Shown: piece by piece, positions 14,201 through 29,200 of the stretch
Position numbering within the stretch: the stretch's first letter is position 1
Layout: the number at the start of each line of letters is the position of its first letter
Source of the DNA: Epiperipatus broadwayi
Taxonomy: Eukaryota; Animalia; Onychophora
DNA: 64,000 bases
Direction: 5' to 3'
Assembly (NCBI GenBank): GCA_028023455.1
Contig: JAQFVV010000005.1
Location: forward strand, 22,630,001-22,694,000
Notes under the pieces: generated by a model
What the model saw: only the letters and a program-made list of their open reading frames with translations
Database searches by the model: none
What the model was told of the DNA's origin: nothing
Made by a program: the position numbers and the translations under genes

Positions 14201-17200
14201 AATAGAATGAATCCACCTATTCTTTCAATGCAAACACTTAAGTATGGGCAAATCTTAAGTACTGGAAATGAGAGCATGAAGATATTAACCAATCACTTTA
14301 AATTATTTTTACTATGTCTGATTGAATGATGCCTTTAATTAAAAACAAATTTTAATTAACTCCATAATTAAAATGCATTACAAAAAAAAAGAAAACACTT
14401 TTATTTTAGACAAAACTATTTTTCTTTCTTTATCATATTAAAATTTGATTTTAAATAATTTATATTTCAAAATATCAAGAAATAGCATTCAATTAATCAA
14501 TATATAAGTCTTTCCATAAGTTTATTTTAAATAATTATGTATGTAAATTTTGTCTGTATCTATTTCTATATATCAAGTTTTAAATATATATGTGCACACA
14601 CATTACATTGCATGCCATGAGATTAATCTGTCTCACTATTTATATTATAAAATAAAAATGGGATTTAAACTAATAGTAGAAAGATAACTTTTTATTTTTT
14701 TCAAATCATTTCAATTTTAAAAAATCAGATTAATTTTAAATTAATGTATATAATTTTATAGTTTCTGGTTCATGCACTAAAAATAACCCATGTCATAAAA
14801 CAGCCCGCTGCGAAGAAGAAAATGGTCCAAAGTGTTTCTGTGAAGACAGAGAAGTTGCTTTTGGTGAACAATGTGCAGGTACTTATGATTATGGAATATT
14901 ACAAAACTACTTCAGAGATCTCTATTTATTCTATTCAAAAATACATAATAAATTGTTATTGACATAATTCACATTACCATTGAATTAATATTTTGTAGAT
15001 TTATCATATGGACTTCAGTTGTTAAACTATTCTATTATAAGAAAAAATTTATTATAATATATGCTTTTTAACCCAAAATCTAAAAATTTGGAATTTTTGA
15101 AGTTTCAAATACATATTGCTATCATGTTCTCATATAATTGACTAGTTATTGAACTTATGTTTGAGAATAAGAATTGATGTATAGATATTTGTATACAATA
15201 ATAAAAAGAGAAAACAGCCTTTAAATAGCCAGTTAATGGTAATATAATTATTCTTAGCTAGAGACTCAATTACTGGCAAATAGATGAATAGTAAAGGAGA
15301 AAGCAGTATTCTCCAGGTTTAAGTTAAGAGATGATAGAAATTTGACCAGTGTTCTATTCTCTTTCATGCTTTATATAAGAATAGCTATATACCTATTTAC
15401 TAACTAATATTGGTTTGTGGATTGCATTTGCTATAGATTTGCAGCCTGAAAGAGAAAATCCCAAGGCAGTTGAAAAAAATGTTTAAGTTTATTCTGCTTG
15501 GATTTACACCCAGATCATAGACTTGCAAGCAGATGCATAACCGTCACAGTACAAGGCTCTTTCTCTATACACAAACACACACACACATATATATCACTAG
15601 TTATATACCATATATATCTGTAATCATTTTTAATAACATTAATTTAACTTATGTCATCTATAGAAAATTTTTTTACAAACATGTCAAGTGATAATATTAA
15701 ATGAAATAAACACCAATATTTTGCTAAGCATATGTTTCGATTAATAGTCAACATTATCAGCAGCCTGGAATCTAGTTGAGATTCCATCAAACATTGCAAC
15801 ATTATTTTTACTTAATTTCAATTGCAACATCTAGTTTGATATTTAAGTTTAAGCATAATTTTAGTAGTAATTTAACTAAAGCTATATAACAGTTTAATAT
15901 AAAAAAAATTACCGATTTATGTGATTTTTAATTTTTTATAATATTTAAATGTTATTTAAATAAACATTTATTTTTAGTGCTATTTCTAATTGTAATAAAT
16001 TTAATCAGCCATTTAAGCTATTGTGCACTTTTTCACAAGTGTTAAATAATAATAAATGAGTACTTCTGCTTACAACACAAGATATAATATTTAGGAAAGA
16101 AGAAAATGAATCCACTTATTCAATCCAATCCAAATGCTTAAATGTTATTTGTAAAATGAGTAATTGAAAGCTCTTCCTCGTCTATTAAAAAGAAGCTGAT
16201 GCAAAAGATGCTTTCATTAAATTGGTAGAAAATTGCATTCAAACTTTAATTTAAAATTTGGAGTTGTGATTGAGATTGTGTTTCTATGTTTGGTAGGGGG
16301 TCTTGATTAAATTCCAGGCTGCTGATAGTTTTTTAAAATCAACATTGCCACCCAAAAGTTCATAAAAAAATATCTGTAGATGACATAAGTTCTACACATA
16401 CTTACGTTTATAAAATACTTATCAATATTCTATGACTTTCCATTAGTATTGATAGTCTTCAAGTGAGATTACTCAACATTTTTCGATTTTGCTTGGTATT
16501 TTGTTGTTGGAGGAGAATGTTTAATTAGATCTGACAGTTGGAATTATTCATAGTGACAATATATGAATTTTTTTTTAATAAGTTATGTTAGAAATTTTAA
16601 CTGTAATAACTTTTTTTTTAAATCGGATGAATTTTTTAATATAATAATCAACAATAATCTATCTTCTACCAATGGTTTTAATTAGAATTTGTGAATCAAT
16701 TACAAATCTGAATGACTTTTCTAGCAAAAATACAAATTCTAACTAATATGAGTAAACGTTATGCCTGGCATACACTAAATTCATTACACGTCTTTTATTT
16801 ATAAAGCCTATTTTTTTTAATAAATGCTACTTGTTAAATTAAATTTATATTTAAATTACAAAATTGATTGTTACAAATAATAAATTTGGGCTTTACAATA
16901 TCAAAAACGAATGGATAGATTAATAATTATTTTAATAATATTAACTCCACTATTTAATTAGTGTGAAAGCTAACCAATATAAGTCCCAAATAATTTTTAG
17001 CATGCTCTAAGCTGCTTTTATTATCTTTAATGGTAGGAACTCCATTGGTTGTTTTTTCAGGGTTTTTCCACTCCATCCTAATCCGACCTAGATCAGATAT
17101 AAAAGTTTCTCAGCTCATTAACATTGCTGGAACAACTTTCAACCATTACTTGTGACTGACCACTGGAATACCAGAGTTTATTTTTATGATTCAAGAATTA

Positions 17201-20200
17201 ATGAACAGGCCATTTTAAAACAACCTAAGTCTAACATTATTTAGTAAACACTATTGTTATTTTAAAAATGTGTTTTTCTATGTGTTATCTAAAGATTACT
17301 CATAGTTTTATTCCTAAAATTATAATTTTATTTACCTTTAATCATTTATTTCGTCTCTGACTTTGATAATTAAATATAAACATTCATCAGCTATTTCTCT
17401 ATTATTATTTATTAGTGGATCAAGTACTTTTTTTTGCAGATAAGAATGATATTCATCTTTATCCATAGCTTTTTATAAACGTATCATCAGCAGTGGTCAA
17501 TCATGCATCCAATACTTGCAGACTCTCGCAGCCAGATTTTGACTAGTTAGTTTTTATTTGCAGAAGTAGTAGAAAATAATTATTAGCAAAGATTAAAAGT
17601 GCCAGCTGTGTTCTTAAAATTGAATTATAAAAACTTATTTAATTAAATATTTGGCGTGTTTTGTTTATATTTATTATCACATGATCATCTCTTATACTAG
17701 CACATAATTGTTATTAAACAAGTCAAAACTCTCCATACAGTAGTGCCACTCTGTGCCAACCAGAGTAATCAATGGATTCTGGCATCCAGTGATTACTCTG
17801 GTTGGCACAGGGTGGCGCTACTGTTTGGGGAGTTTTGCCTTGCATATTTATCATCATAAATAGTTTAAGTAGCTCAATTTTAAGAAATTATCTGTCATCA
17901 TGGGTATATTGGGATTTTTGTGAATGATCCTCAAAGCAGGTCATCACTTTGTGTTTGGAATTGGCATTTTGTTAGAAATGGCTGCAAGCAAGTTGAATAG
18001 ATGTTAGTTATTACAGAAGTGGACTGAAGTTGTCAGTGATATTGAAAGAGCCATAGTCAAAAGCTCCTCCCATAAGAAAAGAAGGTTTTTAAATTCTAAC
18101 AGAGGGCGCTTCTAATAAGACTGTTAGTAAATATCCACAGTGAGACTCAGGATTATGAAGGAGTTTACTTATTGATAATTCTTTTTTGATGCAAAAAGAA
18201 GTAGGCCTTATTTGTCCTTAAGAATATTCATTTTGAATCATATCGTCTGTAAAAATTACTTTTCCATAGTCTGAGAACTAGATGTACTTTTTATAATTGT
18301 TATGATGCGATGCACTATGGCTTTTCCTTTATTGGAATCAGAAATCTCTCAGGCACTATGCCCAAAGAAACTTGTTAGCCACATTACCTTCCCTTTACAT
18401 CCCCCATTCTGTTTTTCCCATATTCTTCTCTATCCTACTCTATCCCATTTCTACACTATTATCTTTGTCCAGCATAAAAACTAAGAACCCACTTTCTGTA
18501 TAATCACTTTGTTTATATGTATTCTCTCACAAACTTCATTATTTATACCCTTTCTGCTTATAAACACATTCAATTCACAAATACCTAATATTTGTCATGC
18601 ATTCCTTGTAGACTAAATCACCCACATTTCTCCATTTATGTGTATATTCACTTGTTGTTAACAATCCTGTTGGAGCCTTAAATAGTAAACTACTTTCCTT
18701 TCTATTGTCATAAATTAATTCACATCCAATAATCTGTTTACTTCTATATATATTTAAACTCTTTTTACTCTCCGTACTAATTCTCCATCTATCCAACTTC
18801 TATTTTTTATTAATGCATCTATTCTTCTATCCCATTCTTTGACACCAAAACATTCAACAATTTTTTTAACACAGTCATTCTACCTTTTGTATAAGTATAC
18901 TAACATGAATTCTTTATCCAAATCTTCTGCATACCGTATTACCTTTCTCACCCATCTTGTTGCCTGTCTTTTATTCATAACCTTACTAAATACTATTTTG
19001 GCTATTATTATTCATAAATTGCAATCTACTGAACATTTTTATTTTGCTTTTTGCATCTCTCATATAAAATCTTGACTTTCCCATTTCTCCTTGAATTGCC
19101 TCCTTTGCCATCCACACATTTGCATCTAATACATGTCTTCATACTTCTCATTGTACTTTTTCTAAATAATCTAACATCCCTTTACTAACACATAATGCAT
19201 CATTATCATAAGTTAATCCTACTACTGCCACTTCCTGCCATATAATTCTAGCTACATCATATTTATTATATGAAAATACTGTTAATTTCTTTATTAGTCC
19301 CTTTCTTTTTTTTTTTTTGCTTCATTTATCTATTTTTTTTCCCATTCATCCAAGCAATTTCTTTTATTACTTACAATAATTCCCAAATAGTTATACCTAT
19401 TCACTACACTTAACTTTATATCCTCCAATAAAAATTTATTCTCTTTGCCCAGCATTTTATCATCATTACTTTTGATTTTACTTCACTAAATTTAATCCCT
19501 ATCTCTTTCCACTCTCTTGTGCAAGTCTTCAGCATAATTTCCATATCTTTCCTACTTTCTGTGCATAAGAATATATCATCAAATAAAAGACCTGATACTA
19601 TATACATTCCCTTGCCATTTATTAATGGTATCTCTACTCTTTTTCTAGTTTTTATATTATGTTATGTGTCAAGGCCTGATTGCTCTTCAGACCACTGTTT
19701 AACATCTGATTGGATGTCTGAGAAACAACAGTAGGTGCATGTGAATGACTAGCAACCTTTCAATTTATTACTAATTTAATAACAACATGCGATTTAGACA
19801 AATATTATTGTGATGTGAAGTGATATAGCTACTCCTTTATCGAAGTCAGGAATCTCTTAGCCACTATGCAAAAACCTGCTAGTCACCTTATTTTCCCTTT
19901 CTATTCACGATCCTAAGTTTCTCCCATATTCTCTTCTATCCTGCTGCATTCAATTTCCAGAACATCATATTTGTCCATTCTATGGCTTTTATATCTAGGT
20001 CCCCCTTATCTTTTTCGAAACCCAGCATAAAGACCAAAAATCCACTTTCTGTATAATCACTTAGTTTTTATTTATTCTCCCATAATTTCATTATTTGTAC
20101 CCTTTCTGCTTTTAAGCATTTACATTCAATTAGTAGATGTCTAATATTTTCCATGCCTTCCTTACATAACTTGCAATCTAAATCACTCACATCTCTCTAT

Positions 20201-23200
20201 TTTTGTGTATATTCCCTTGTTGCCAATGATCCTGTTTGAGCCTTAAATAGTAGAGTATTTTCCTTGCTATTATCATAAATTAACTCACACCAATTTTCTA
20301 TTTATTTAGACTCTTTTTTACTCTCCTATCTCTCCAGCTCCCTTTTTTTATTAATGCATTTATCTTTGTATCCCATTCTTTGCCACTATAACACTCAATA
20401 ATACTCCTAACACAATCCTTCCATGTTTTGTGCAAGTATAGTGACATAAAATCTTATCCAAATCTTCTCTCTTAACCCAGTTAAATACTATTTTGTCTAT
20501 TCTCTTACTATCCATAAATTGCAACATTTTCATTTTGCTTTTTGCATCTCTCATATAAAAACTTAAACATCTTTGCCTTGAATTGACTCCTTTGTCATCT
20601 ACATATCTGTATCTAATACATGTCTTCCTACTTTTCTTTGTAGTTTTTCTAAATTTATCTAACACCACTCTTTTACTAACAGATAATGCATCATTACTGT
20701 AAGTTAACACTGCTACTGCCACTTTCTGCCATACAATTCTTGCTACATCATATTTATTATATGAAAACACTGTTAATTTCTTTATCAATCCCTTCTTTTT
20801 CTTTGCTTTGTTTATCAATTTTTTCTCCCATTCATCCAAGTAATTCCTCTGATCACTTAAGACAATTCCCAAATAGTTATCCCTATTCACCACATTTAGC
20901 TTTGTAATCCCCAATAAAAATTCTTCCCTTTCTCTTTCCCCAGTATTTAACATTATTACTTTTGATTTTTCTTTAAATTTAATCCCCATATCTTTAGCCA
21001 CCCTTGTGCATGGTTTTCAGCATAATTTCCATATCTGTATTTTCTGTGCATAAGAAGACATCCTCTGCAAATAAATGATCTGATAATGTATATACTCCAT
21101 TTCCTTCAAATACAACAAAAACAAAATAGTGACATAGTGCATTCTTGCCTTAGTCCCACCCTATTTTTAACTTTAACTCAACCATCCTCTAGTAGCTCTT
21201 TTTTTGAACTAAGATAAACAACAGTGAACATAACCACCATTTACCATAGCTATTTTCTGCAACTTAATTAGTGATTCATTGACCATTGTGCCGGTTTCTG
21301 TGAAATTGTATCCATTAGGCTTGCAGGGATTTCCACTAGTGTAATGTTAAATTATAATCATCAATAATATTTGAGCATTTTACAATATTTAATTTGTTTT
21401 TTCAAACAGTAATTCCATCTGTCAGCTGCCAGATGAAAAACTGTGGAAAGAATGCCAAGTGTGAACTTCAGAATGGTTTAGCGATTTGCATTTGTCCATC
21501 TGGGTTCCAAGGAACTCCTGAAGAAGAATGTTGTAAGTAGTGCTTTTATTCATATTTTACATATTTTTAATAGCAATTTGTAAGTCCTGTATTTTTTTAT
21601 ACTTATAAAATAATGATTTGCATTAAAGATGTACATAGGATTATTGTATACAAACAACAAGATCCCTCACAATCTCTCATACATTTCTAGAACAGTTACT
21701 TTCAACATAATCTAGAATTGTCTACTATAAGTTTTACAGGTAGGAATTTTTTCAGATTATACCTTCTGGAATCCATCAATTACAGTAGCTTGCTCTAAGG
21801 AGATTATAGATATCTGCACTTGAAAGATTATTATATAGTTACCAAATTGTCTTACATAGAAATATATTAATAAAAAAAATACAACTAGTAAATTTAGTAA
21901 AGTTATGTTTTTATATAGTTTTATTAGATTAGTGGTAACTAGTAGTTAATTAGCATTTGACCATTAGAACCCATTTTTAAATTTTTTTTGGTTTGATGTG
22001 GTTTCCAATGAAATTTTGTTAGATAACATATTTGTATATGTTAGAATTCTGAAGAAGACTGTTGAATGGTCGAAATTGACAACTATTTTTTGGCAGTTTA
22101 TAATATTAAAATATTGTATTTGCATTGCATAAAAAAAGAATGTGTTAATATTGTTTGTATATTTTAGAAACAAATTATTCTGATACCTCTCTGATGATTA
22201 ATTAACAGGATAATTAAAGAGATTTTTCATGGGGTGAATAATTCTTAAAACCCCAAGTCGTCTATAATATTTTTAGATATATCTTTATGATCTTTATAAT
22301 GCTATGCAATATATTGTTTGTATAAAGATTTTATATTTACCACACTTACTTTGCCTAATCATATTTTTTTTAGACGGAAATAAAAAAATTAAATGCAAAC
22401 TCTACTATATTCATTACCACCTTTACGATGTGTCCTAATAATTATAATTAAACTGCTCTAAAACTTACAAAAATAAAGTCAATATGATCTATTAGTGATC
22501 TTCAACCCTTGGTCTGCAGACCGGTGCCAGGCCACAGAAGTTTTCTGCTGGGCCGCAGGAAAGTTTGTAATAACAAAATAATAAGAGTTTAAACTTTTAA
22601 TTAATATAAACAATTTTTATTTATTTTTTCATCTCATTTTTACCCAATTAAAAAAAAAGAAACAGAACGAAAACAAAATCTAATCAATCATACATAAATT
22701 AATTTGTTTTTTTTAATTATCACAGATGTTTATGGGGGGGTGGGGGGGTAGAATTAAATTTTTTATTACTTTTCTAAAAAAATTCAAAATTAAACAAAAA
22801 AGTCTTTTATTATACAAGCTCCATATATATATAATTTCATCTTGTATATTTAAGTTGTTGTTTTGATTAGTTATAACAATTATGTTCATCTAAAGCTAAG
22901 CAGTTTACATCTTTAAGAAAATTTATCTATAGACTTCTGCCGGTCTGTGAAACCTTATTCTTATTTTTGCCGGGCCGTGAAACCTTATCCTTATTTTTAC
23001 CAGTCCGCAGATGTGAAAAGGTTGAAGACCACTGATCTATTACATAAAAATCTCTACAGGATTTCTGCACCTATGACTACTCTTAATGAGGGCCCTTAAG
23101 GCTAAGCTTAATATGTTTATGCTGAACATTGAGATTTGTGGACTGCGAATGATTTAATCTGAACTATTAGATATTGAAGGATTACTACATCTATTTTAAT

Positions 23201-26200
23201 CAAAACCTCTTTACAATAGGCATTGGAAAACATTGAAGTCAAGGAATATAGAGTTCCATGACTATTTTCTTGCAATTTGTTTGTTTTTTTTTAAATTTAG
23301 ACTGCAGTCCATTTCATAATCAATTAAGCTATTTAAACCAATAGTCTAAAAATTTTAATTATTGTAAGGTTATGACCCAAGCCATCACTTTGTCGATCTG
23401 CGTGGATGTGTTTGTTTCTACTGCCTTGCAAGCTTTGGTATAGTGACAGAGTGATAGTCTGGAATCCAAGGTCCATTGAACATGGCCTGTTTCTGTCACT
23501 TCTAGTACTCAAACTTCTTATAAACTCCTGAGCAGTAAAACATTAAATTATTATTTATTGTTTGTATAGTAATTCCTCCTGCTTAATGAAGGCCAACTTA
23601 TCAAGATACTAAGAATATTGACTGTACTGCCATTTAGTGATGATTTACTGTTTTTAAACACAAGTTGTGATGGAGGTATGACCACTGATTATTGCATAAG
23701 AAATAATCTGAGATGATTTAAACAACTTGTCAAGTTACCTTTTGCAATAATGACACAATTCTCTTTTTTATAATATAATACACCATATACACCTTAAATG
23801 ACACTTTACAGTGCAGTTTAACATATGATTCATTTTTATTTCCTTACAGTTTCAACTGTCCAGCAGTCATCATCAGAGCTACAATATTTAAACATATTTA
23901 AGTTAATAGTTGGAATGTTGTTTTTATTTTTGTATTTATATATATATTTGTATATGTATGTGTGTATATATATATATGAAAAACAAAAACCAAGTTTTAT
24001 ATACATAAACTTGCTATTGCTTGTATTTATGATCAATAGATGGAGCTTTACCAAGACCTCCAAACAAGCATATTTTTGTTTACATAAACGTCAGAGTCAG
24101 CATTCACTGTCTCTTTCATTGGCTCCACCCTCAGATCAGCTGATTTCAAGCTGATTTGCTATCATCAGTGAAGGATAGGAGTTAGAAACTAGACCTAAAC
24201 ACTAACTCCAAGCATTTATGCAACAAGTTTCTATCAGTTTGCAAGCACATATATATATATATATTGGTATATGTACAGATAGATATTAATTGTACATGTT
24301 TAAATGTTGTTGCTCTGATGATGACTGCTGGACAGTTGAAACTGTAAGGAAATAGAATAAATCATATGTTAAACTGCATTGTAAAGTGTCATTTAAGGTG
24401 TATATGGTGTATTATATTATATATAATTCAGCAATGCAAATAAGAAGTGGAAGGAAATTTTAATACTCTTTTTTCTAAAACAAACTGTTCTTTCAGAGGA
24501 CTACCACTTTGTATCCACTGATACACTCAATGCTTAAATTTTGATTTCTAGAATAAAGAGATAGAAATTACACTTATCTTATTTTGAGAGAAATAATTTG
24601 TGATATTTCATATTCGTATTTTATATTTTGATTACAATATTTTTTTTATATATTTCAGTAAAACATGATTGTTTTTAAGTTTCTTTTTTAAAAATAATGA
24701 AAACTGTCCCATATTTTAATTATTATTTTAGAGCTTTATTTTATTATGCTTTCCTTTATTTATAGGGACAGAAAGCTGTAGCGTACTACAATGTGGTATA
24801 CTTCAAACTTGTGATGTTTTAAATGGAAAAGCAGAATGCCGTGAGTAGATTGCAATTAATTTTGTTATTAAGATACATAATAAAGTTAAAAATAAATTAT
24901 TATTGAAATGTGATGTGGTATACTGTGGCTTCTTTTTTAAACGAATCAAAAATATCTCGGCAATTATGCCCAGATAAACCTGTTGGCCACTTTATTTTCC
25001 ATTCCGCACTCTAAATTTTCCCATATCTGCTCCATCCCATTTCCACAACATAATCTTTGTCAATTCTATGGCCTTTATATCTAAATTCCCCTTATCTTTT
25101 CCCAAACCCAGCATAAAAACCAATAATTCACTTTCTGTATAGTCACTTTTTTCATATTTATTCTTCCGTAACTTCATTATATATACTCTTTCTGTTTTCA
25201 AGCATTTACGTTCAATTAACAAATATAAAACCTATAAATAGTAGTGATCTCTATTGTCACATAAAGTGTATTATTTCATTATAATGATTGAATGGTCTTG
25301 AATAAAACAACCAAATCCTTAATTGTTATGTAATAAAATTATATAATGTTACATGGAAGATGTATATATAGCACTGAATATTACTGAATAGTTCTAGTCA
25401 TTTCTTATTGCTGATGTCTGATTGGGATTAGCTTTCTCTTTTTGATTCACAGAGGGGCAGAAACATCAAGTGATATGATCAGAAATATTTATTATGTACA
25501 ACAGATACAGTTAATAATATATAAATATAAGGCAAATTATAACTTTACCTAAGTTGTCTTCTGAAAAAGCGAGATTAATCCTACAGCATGTATAATTTTT
25601 TATTAGTCACAGAGAATACGTATTCATCCAAATTTTGTGAGCACTTGTGACTAACTAGTTTTTTTTTCTTTTCTTCTACGTAGTACTCTTTTATATGGGG
25701 TGAATTAAATCAGTCAATAGTGTTTACCTGTTACCAGTCGACTGCTCTTTAAGTATATCGCATACAGTAAATACTTGAGCATTCAGTTGGATCGTTGAAC
25801 ACCAGATAGCATTACTAACAGAAATATGATCATTTTCTGAGTCACCGATTTTCATTCAAGCATAAGGACTGTGTTGTACTATATCTGTTCAGATTTCTGT
25901 TGTCCAGCTTAAGTACATGCTTCCATTGTGGAGCACTGAAATCTGTTTATTAATTCTAGGATTACTTGACAAAAAGTGTATTATATTGACTACATCAATG
26001 CTCACTAGTGATGTTGTTAAAAATCCCAACAAACTAAAATTCTGACAGCTCAAAATGCCATTAGTTCAAAATTCTAACAGCAAAAATCAAAAGCTAAAAC
26101 TCCAACAGTGAAAAATCTTAACCGATCAAAATAGCAACAATCTAAAATTTTGAAAATGTCAACACATAAATAATTTGTTTTGTATCTATTAAGAATAACA

Positions 26201-29200
26201 TTATGTTTTCTTACCTGTGATATTATTCTGGATTTTTAGGAAATTTGGAAAATGGGAAGTAACCTTTAATACAACATAAGATTAAAATTTTGACAATAAG
26301 TTTTATTGAATTCCTTTGATGTACTGCACATTTTTTTGATTATTTTAATATATCACAAACAGAAAAACAATTTTATTTTTAATACCTACAAAACAAATTA
26401 TTTCTATTTGAAATCAATCTTTTGAAGCAATTTTTTTTTTTATTTGGCAAAGTAAATTAAAAACGAAGTTTTATACAGGTAGTTTCACAATGAAACTGTT
26501 ATTGTCTAAATTTTGATTTATTGACATTTTACCTTGACAGGATTTTGGGATAAGCTCAATGCTCACATGATTGGCTATTAAGATGGTTGGGGTCATCATT
26601 CTTTATGTAGTAGAATCATTTCTATCTAGTCATGATAGAGTGTGGGTTTAATTGTTTATTTTCTGCTTTTCTATTTTTTAATATAAGCAGCAAATATTAA
26701 AATTATTTTGACAAAAACTAGTGGTTTTTTTTTTCACTCCAATTATTTGTCAAAAAAATAAATCTTATACTTTGTTCAAGGTCATTTTTTTCAAGATTTG
26801 CCTTTTCTTTACTTATTGTTACACTCGCCACACATTATCCAAATATATATTTTGGAACTTTGTTGCAGTAAAAACTATACCTATTGTTATGTTTGGTCTG
26901 GATTACAGACCCAACCTACAGAAATAATACTATTATAATTAATATATTTATTATATCTACAAATATATTTAATACAATATACAGTATATATACAAGAGAA
27001 TATTTACAATGTTGAATATTGTAGCTTAACGTAAACTCTGGGTTCTGCCTACTGCTTCCAGCTACACCTGATAGCTTGCCTCACGGGTAGGGTGTGTGAC
27101 TCTTCCAGTTGTACAAGACAGCTTGCCTCGAGCTGACAGTAGTCTTAGCAGTGTCCGGTCTCTGTGGGATTTGCCTAGCTGTGTAGACTAAATAGCGTAG
27201 TGCTATCAATGGGAATACTTGCTGCTGTTCAGGTTAGCAGAGCTTCCCTGGGAGAATGCGAAGAGTCTTTTCAGGTTAGACAGATGTTCTTCCCTGATTG
27301 TCACAAAAGGCTGACTATTTATAGCCAGATCCCTGACCTTATCGAAAACCTTTGGATTCAGCAAGCATTGCTGCTTATTGGCCTGTAATAGTCATCGGCT
27401 ATGTTTTTATCTATACATCAGCCTATTGGCCTGTGGTAAACAATGCTTAATCCGATCAGAAGATAAGGAGGCATCTGGAATGGTCCATTTCTGAGAGAAG
27501 GGAGGACTATAACACCTATCATTTTTTTAAAAAAATAGAGGAAATACATGTTAAACAGAGGAAAATAGATATGGGAAAAGAGTTAATGATGAATCTATGC
27601 TTTTAAATCAACTGATAATCTAATCTGTTGATGTTTGTTAAGCAAAGAATATCTATGTGTGTGCAACAATAAATATATAATAATTGTAAATAAACATTTA
27701 TTTTAGTGCTGTTTCTAATTGTAATACATTTAATCAGCCATTCAAGCTATTGTGCACTGATTAAATGTATTACAATTAGAAACCGCTAAAATAAATGTTT
27801 ATTTACATATGTTTAAAGTTTCATTTGTGAGTGAAGTCTAGTAAATTCTAGATAATTTCGTCGACGTCATTCATTCAGATATCGTAAACAGTGGTTTAAA
27901 GTGAGTGGTCTATCCTCACGCTTTCACTTACAGTACTTAAGATTTGCCCATATATAAGCATTTGGGTTGGATAGAATAAGTATTCATTTTATTCTTTCCT
28001 AAATACGATATCTTGTGTTGGGAGTGAAAGTGCTTATTTATTATTTAACACTCGTAAAAAGCTCACAATAGCTTGAATGGCTGATTAAATGTATTATAAT
28101 AATTGTGTAGAATAAAAATAATAACTTTGTGCAGTAATTGTGTATAATGATTGTGTGAAATAATTATATATGTAAGGATTATATAAATAACTATGTAACA
28201 ATAAATGTGTAGCAATTTGTTAGATCATAGCTCACAGGACATAACAATAAGCTTTTGTTATACAATATATTCCTTAAGTCTCTTTTATCAGTGAATTTTT
28301 ATCTTAAATATAAACAATCTTAAAATCATCCACTGCATAGTACCCCCCCCCCCCCAACAATTTCTCATAGAAAAATAGTGACAAAGGAGGCATTTTTCAC
28401 AAGGCTTTCTGGATAGTAAGAATTTTACAATTTAGCTAAGAATAACTAAGTCAGCATTTTCTGAGCAGCTCTGGATATTCAACTGAATTGGCTACATGAA
28501 TTCAAGTTCATTTGTATCAGGTTCAAATCCAAACCATCAGAGTGTGCCTTATTAATCACCACGATGATTCTGTTAGAGTATTTCTCTAATGATAACAATT
28601 TATAGTGTAATTTTTTTATTATGACAAAAACAACAGAATAATGGTTAAAGAAAATTCCCATTGAAACTTCTTCCTTCACTCAGTAGAAGCAAATATCTAA
28701 AATTAGTGAATTACTGATAGTTTTACTAGGGCATGAGTGTTCTATGAAGTATTTATATCCCTAAATGTTAGATATTTGATCAGCAGTTGAACTCATTTAT
28801 GTGCGATTAAAATTTTTACTTGATGTGTTTTTGCCACTTACTAAGATAACGGTATCCATTTTGCTGATAATGCAATCTTTAGTATAGATCAAGTAGTTGT
28901 TAGAATATCAGTTGGCAGATTAATAATATAACCACACGTAACATCAATTTATATCTTATAATCTGCTTTGCTCAAATATTATATTTTTGTTTTTGTTTTG
29001 CTCTACTTTGTAGAAATAAATGTTCTTGTACTAATGTAAAAATTATTTTAAAATGCATTTTATGAATATATATCTCATGTATTGTTTGTCACGGAGAAAA
29101 AGAGACCGTTGAACATTTCCTGTTCAACTTTTCCTTTCTTCAAACACTACACTGACATTACTCACACACACACATATACTCATTAATGCCTCAGTGATAG

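Noticed and set aside
16200-17260. Penelope RT remnant (YVDD-like and GTP-like words)
   Set aside because: The motifs are short, out of the expected order and not supported by continuous translation; it needs a tBLASTx check.
26010-26560. MULE-like MITE with aaaat..aacag subterminal repeats
   Set aside because: No clear TIR ends or TSD could be fixed by eye.
27820-27880. Hammerhead in the 13.7/27.8-kb repeat family (gtctag-taaatt-ctagat hairpin)
   Set aside because: The CUGANGA and GAAA cores are not intact in any of the three copies.
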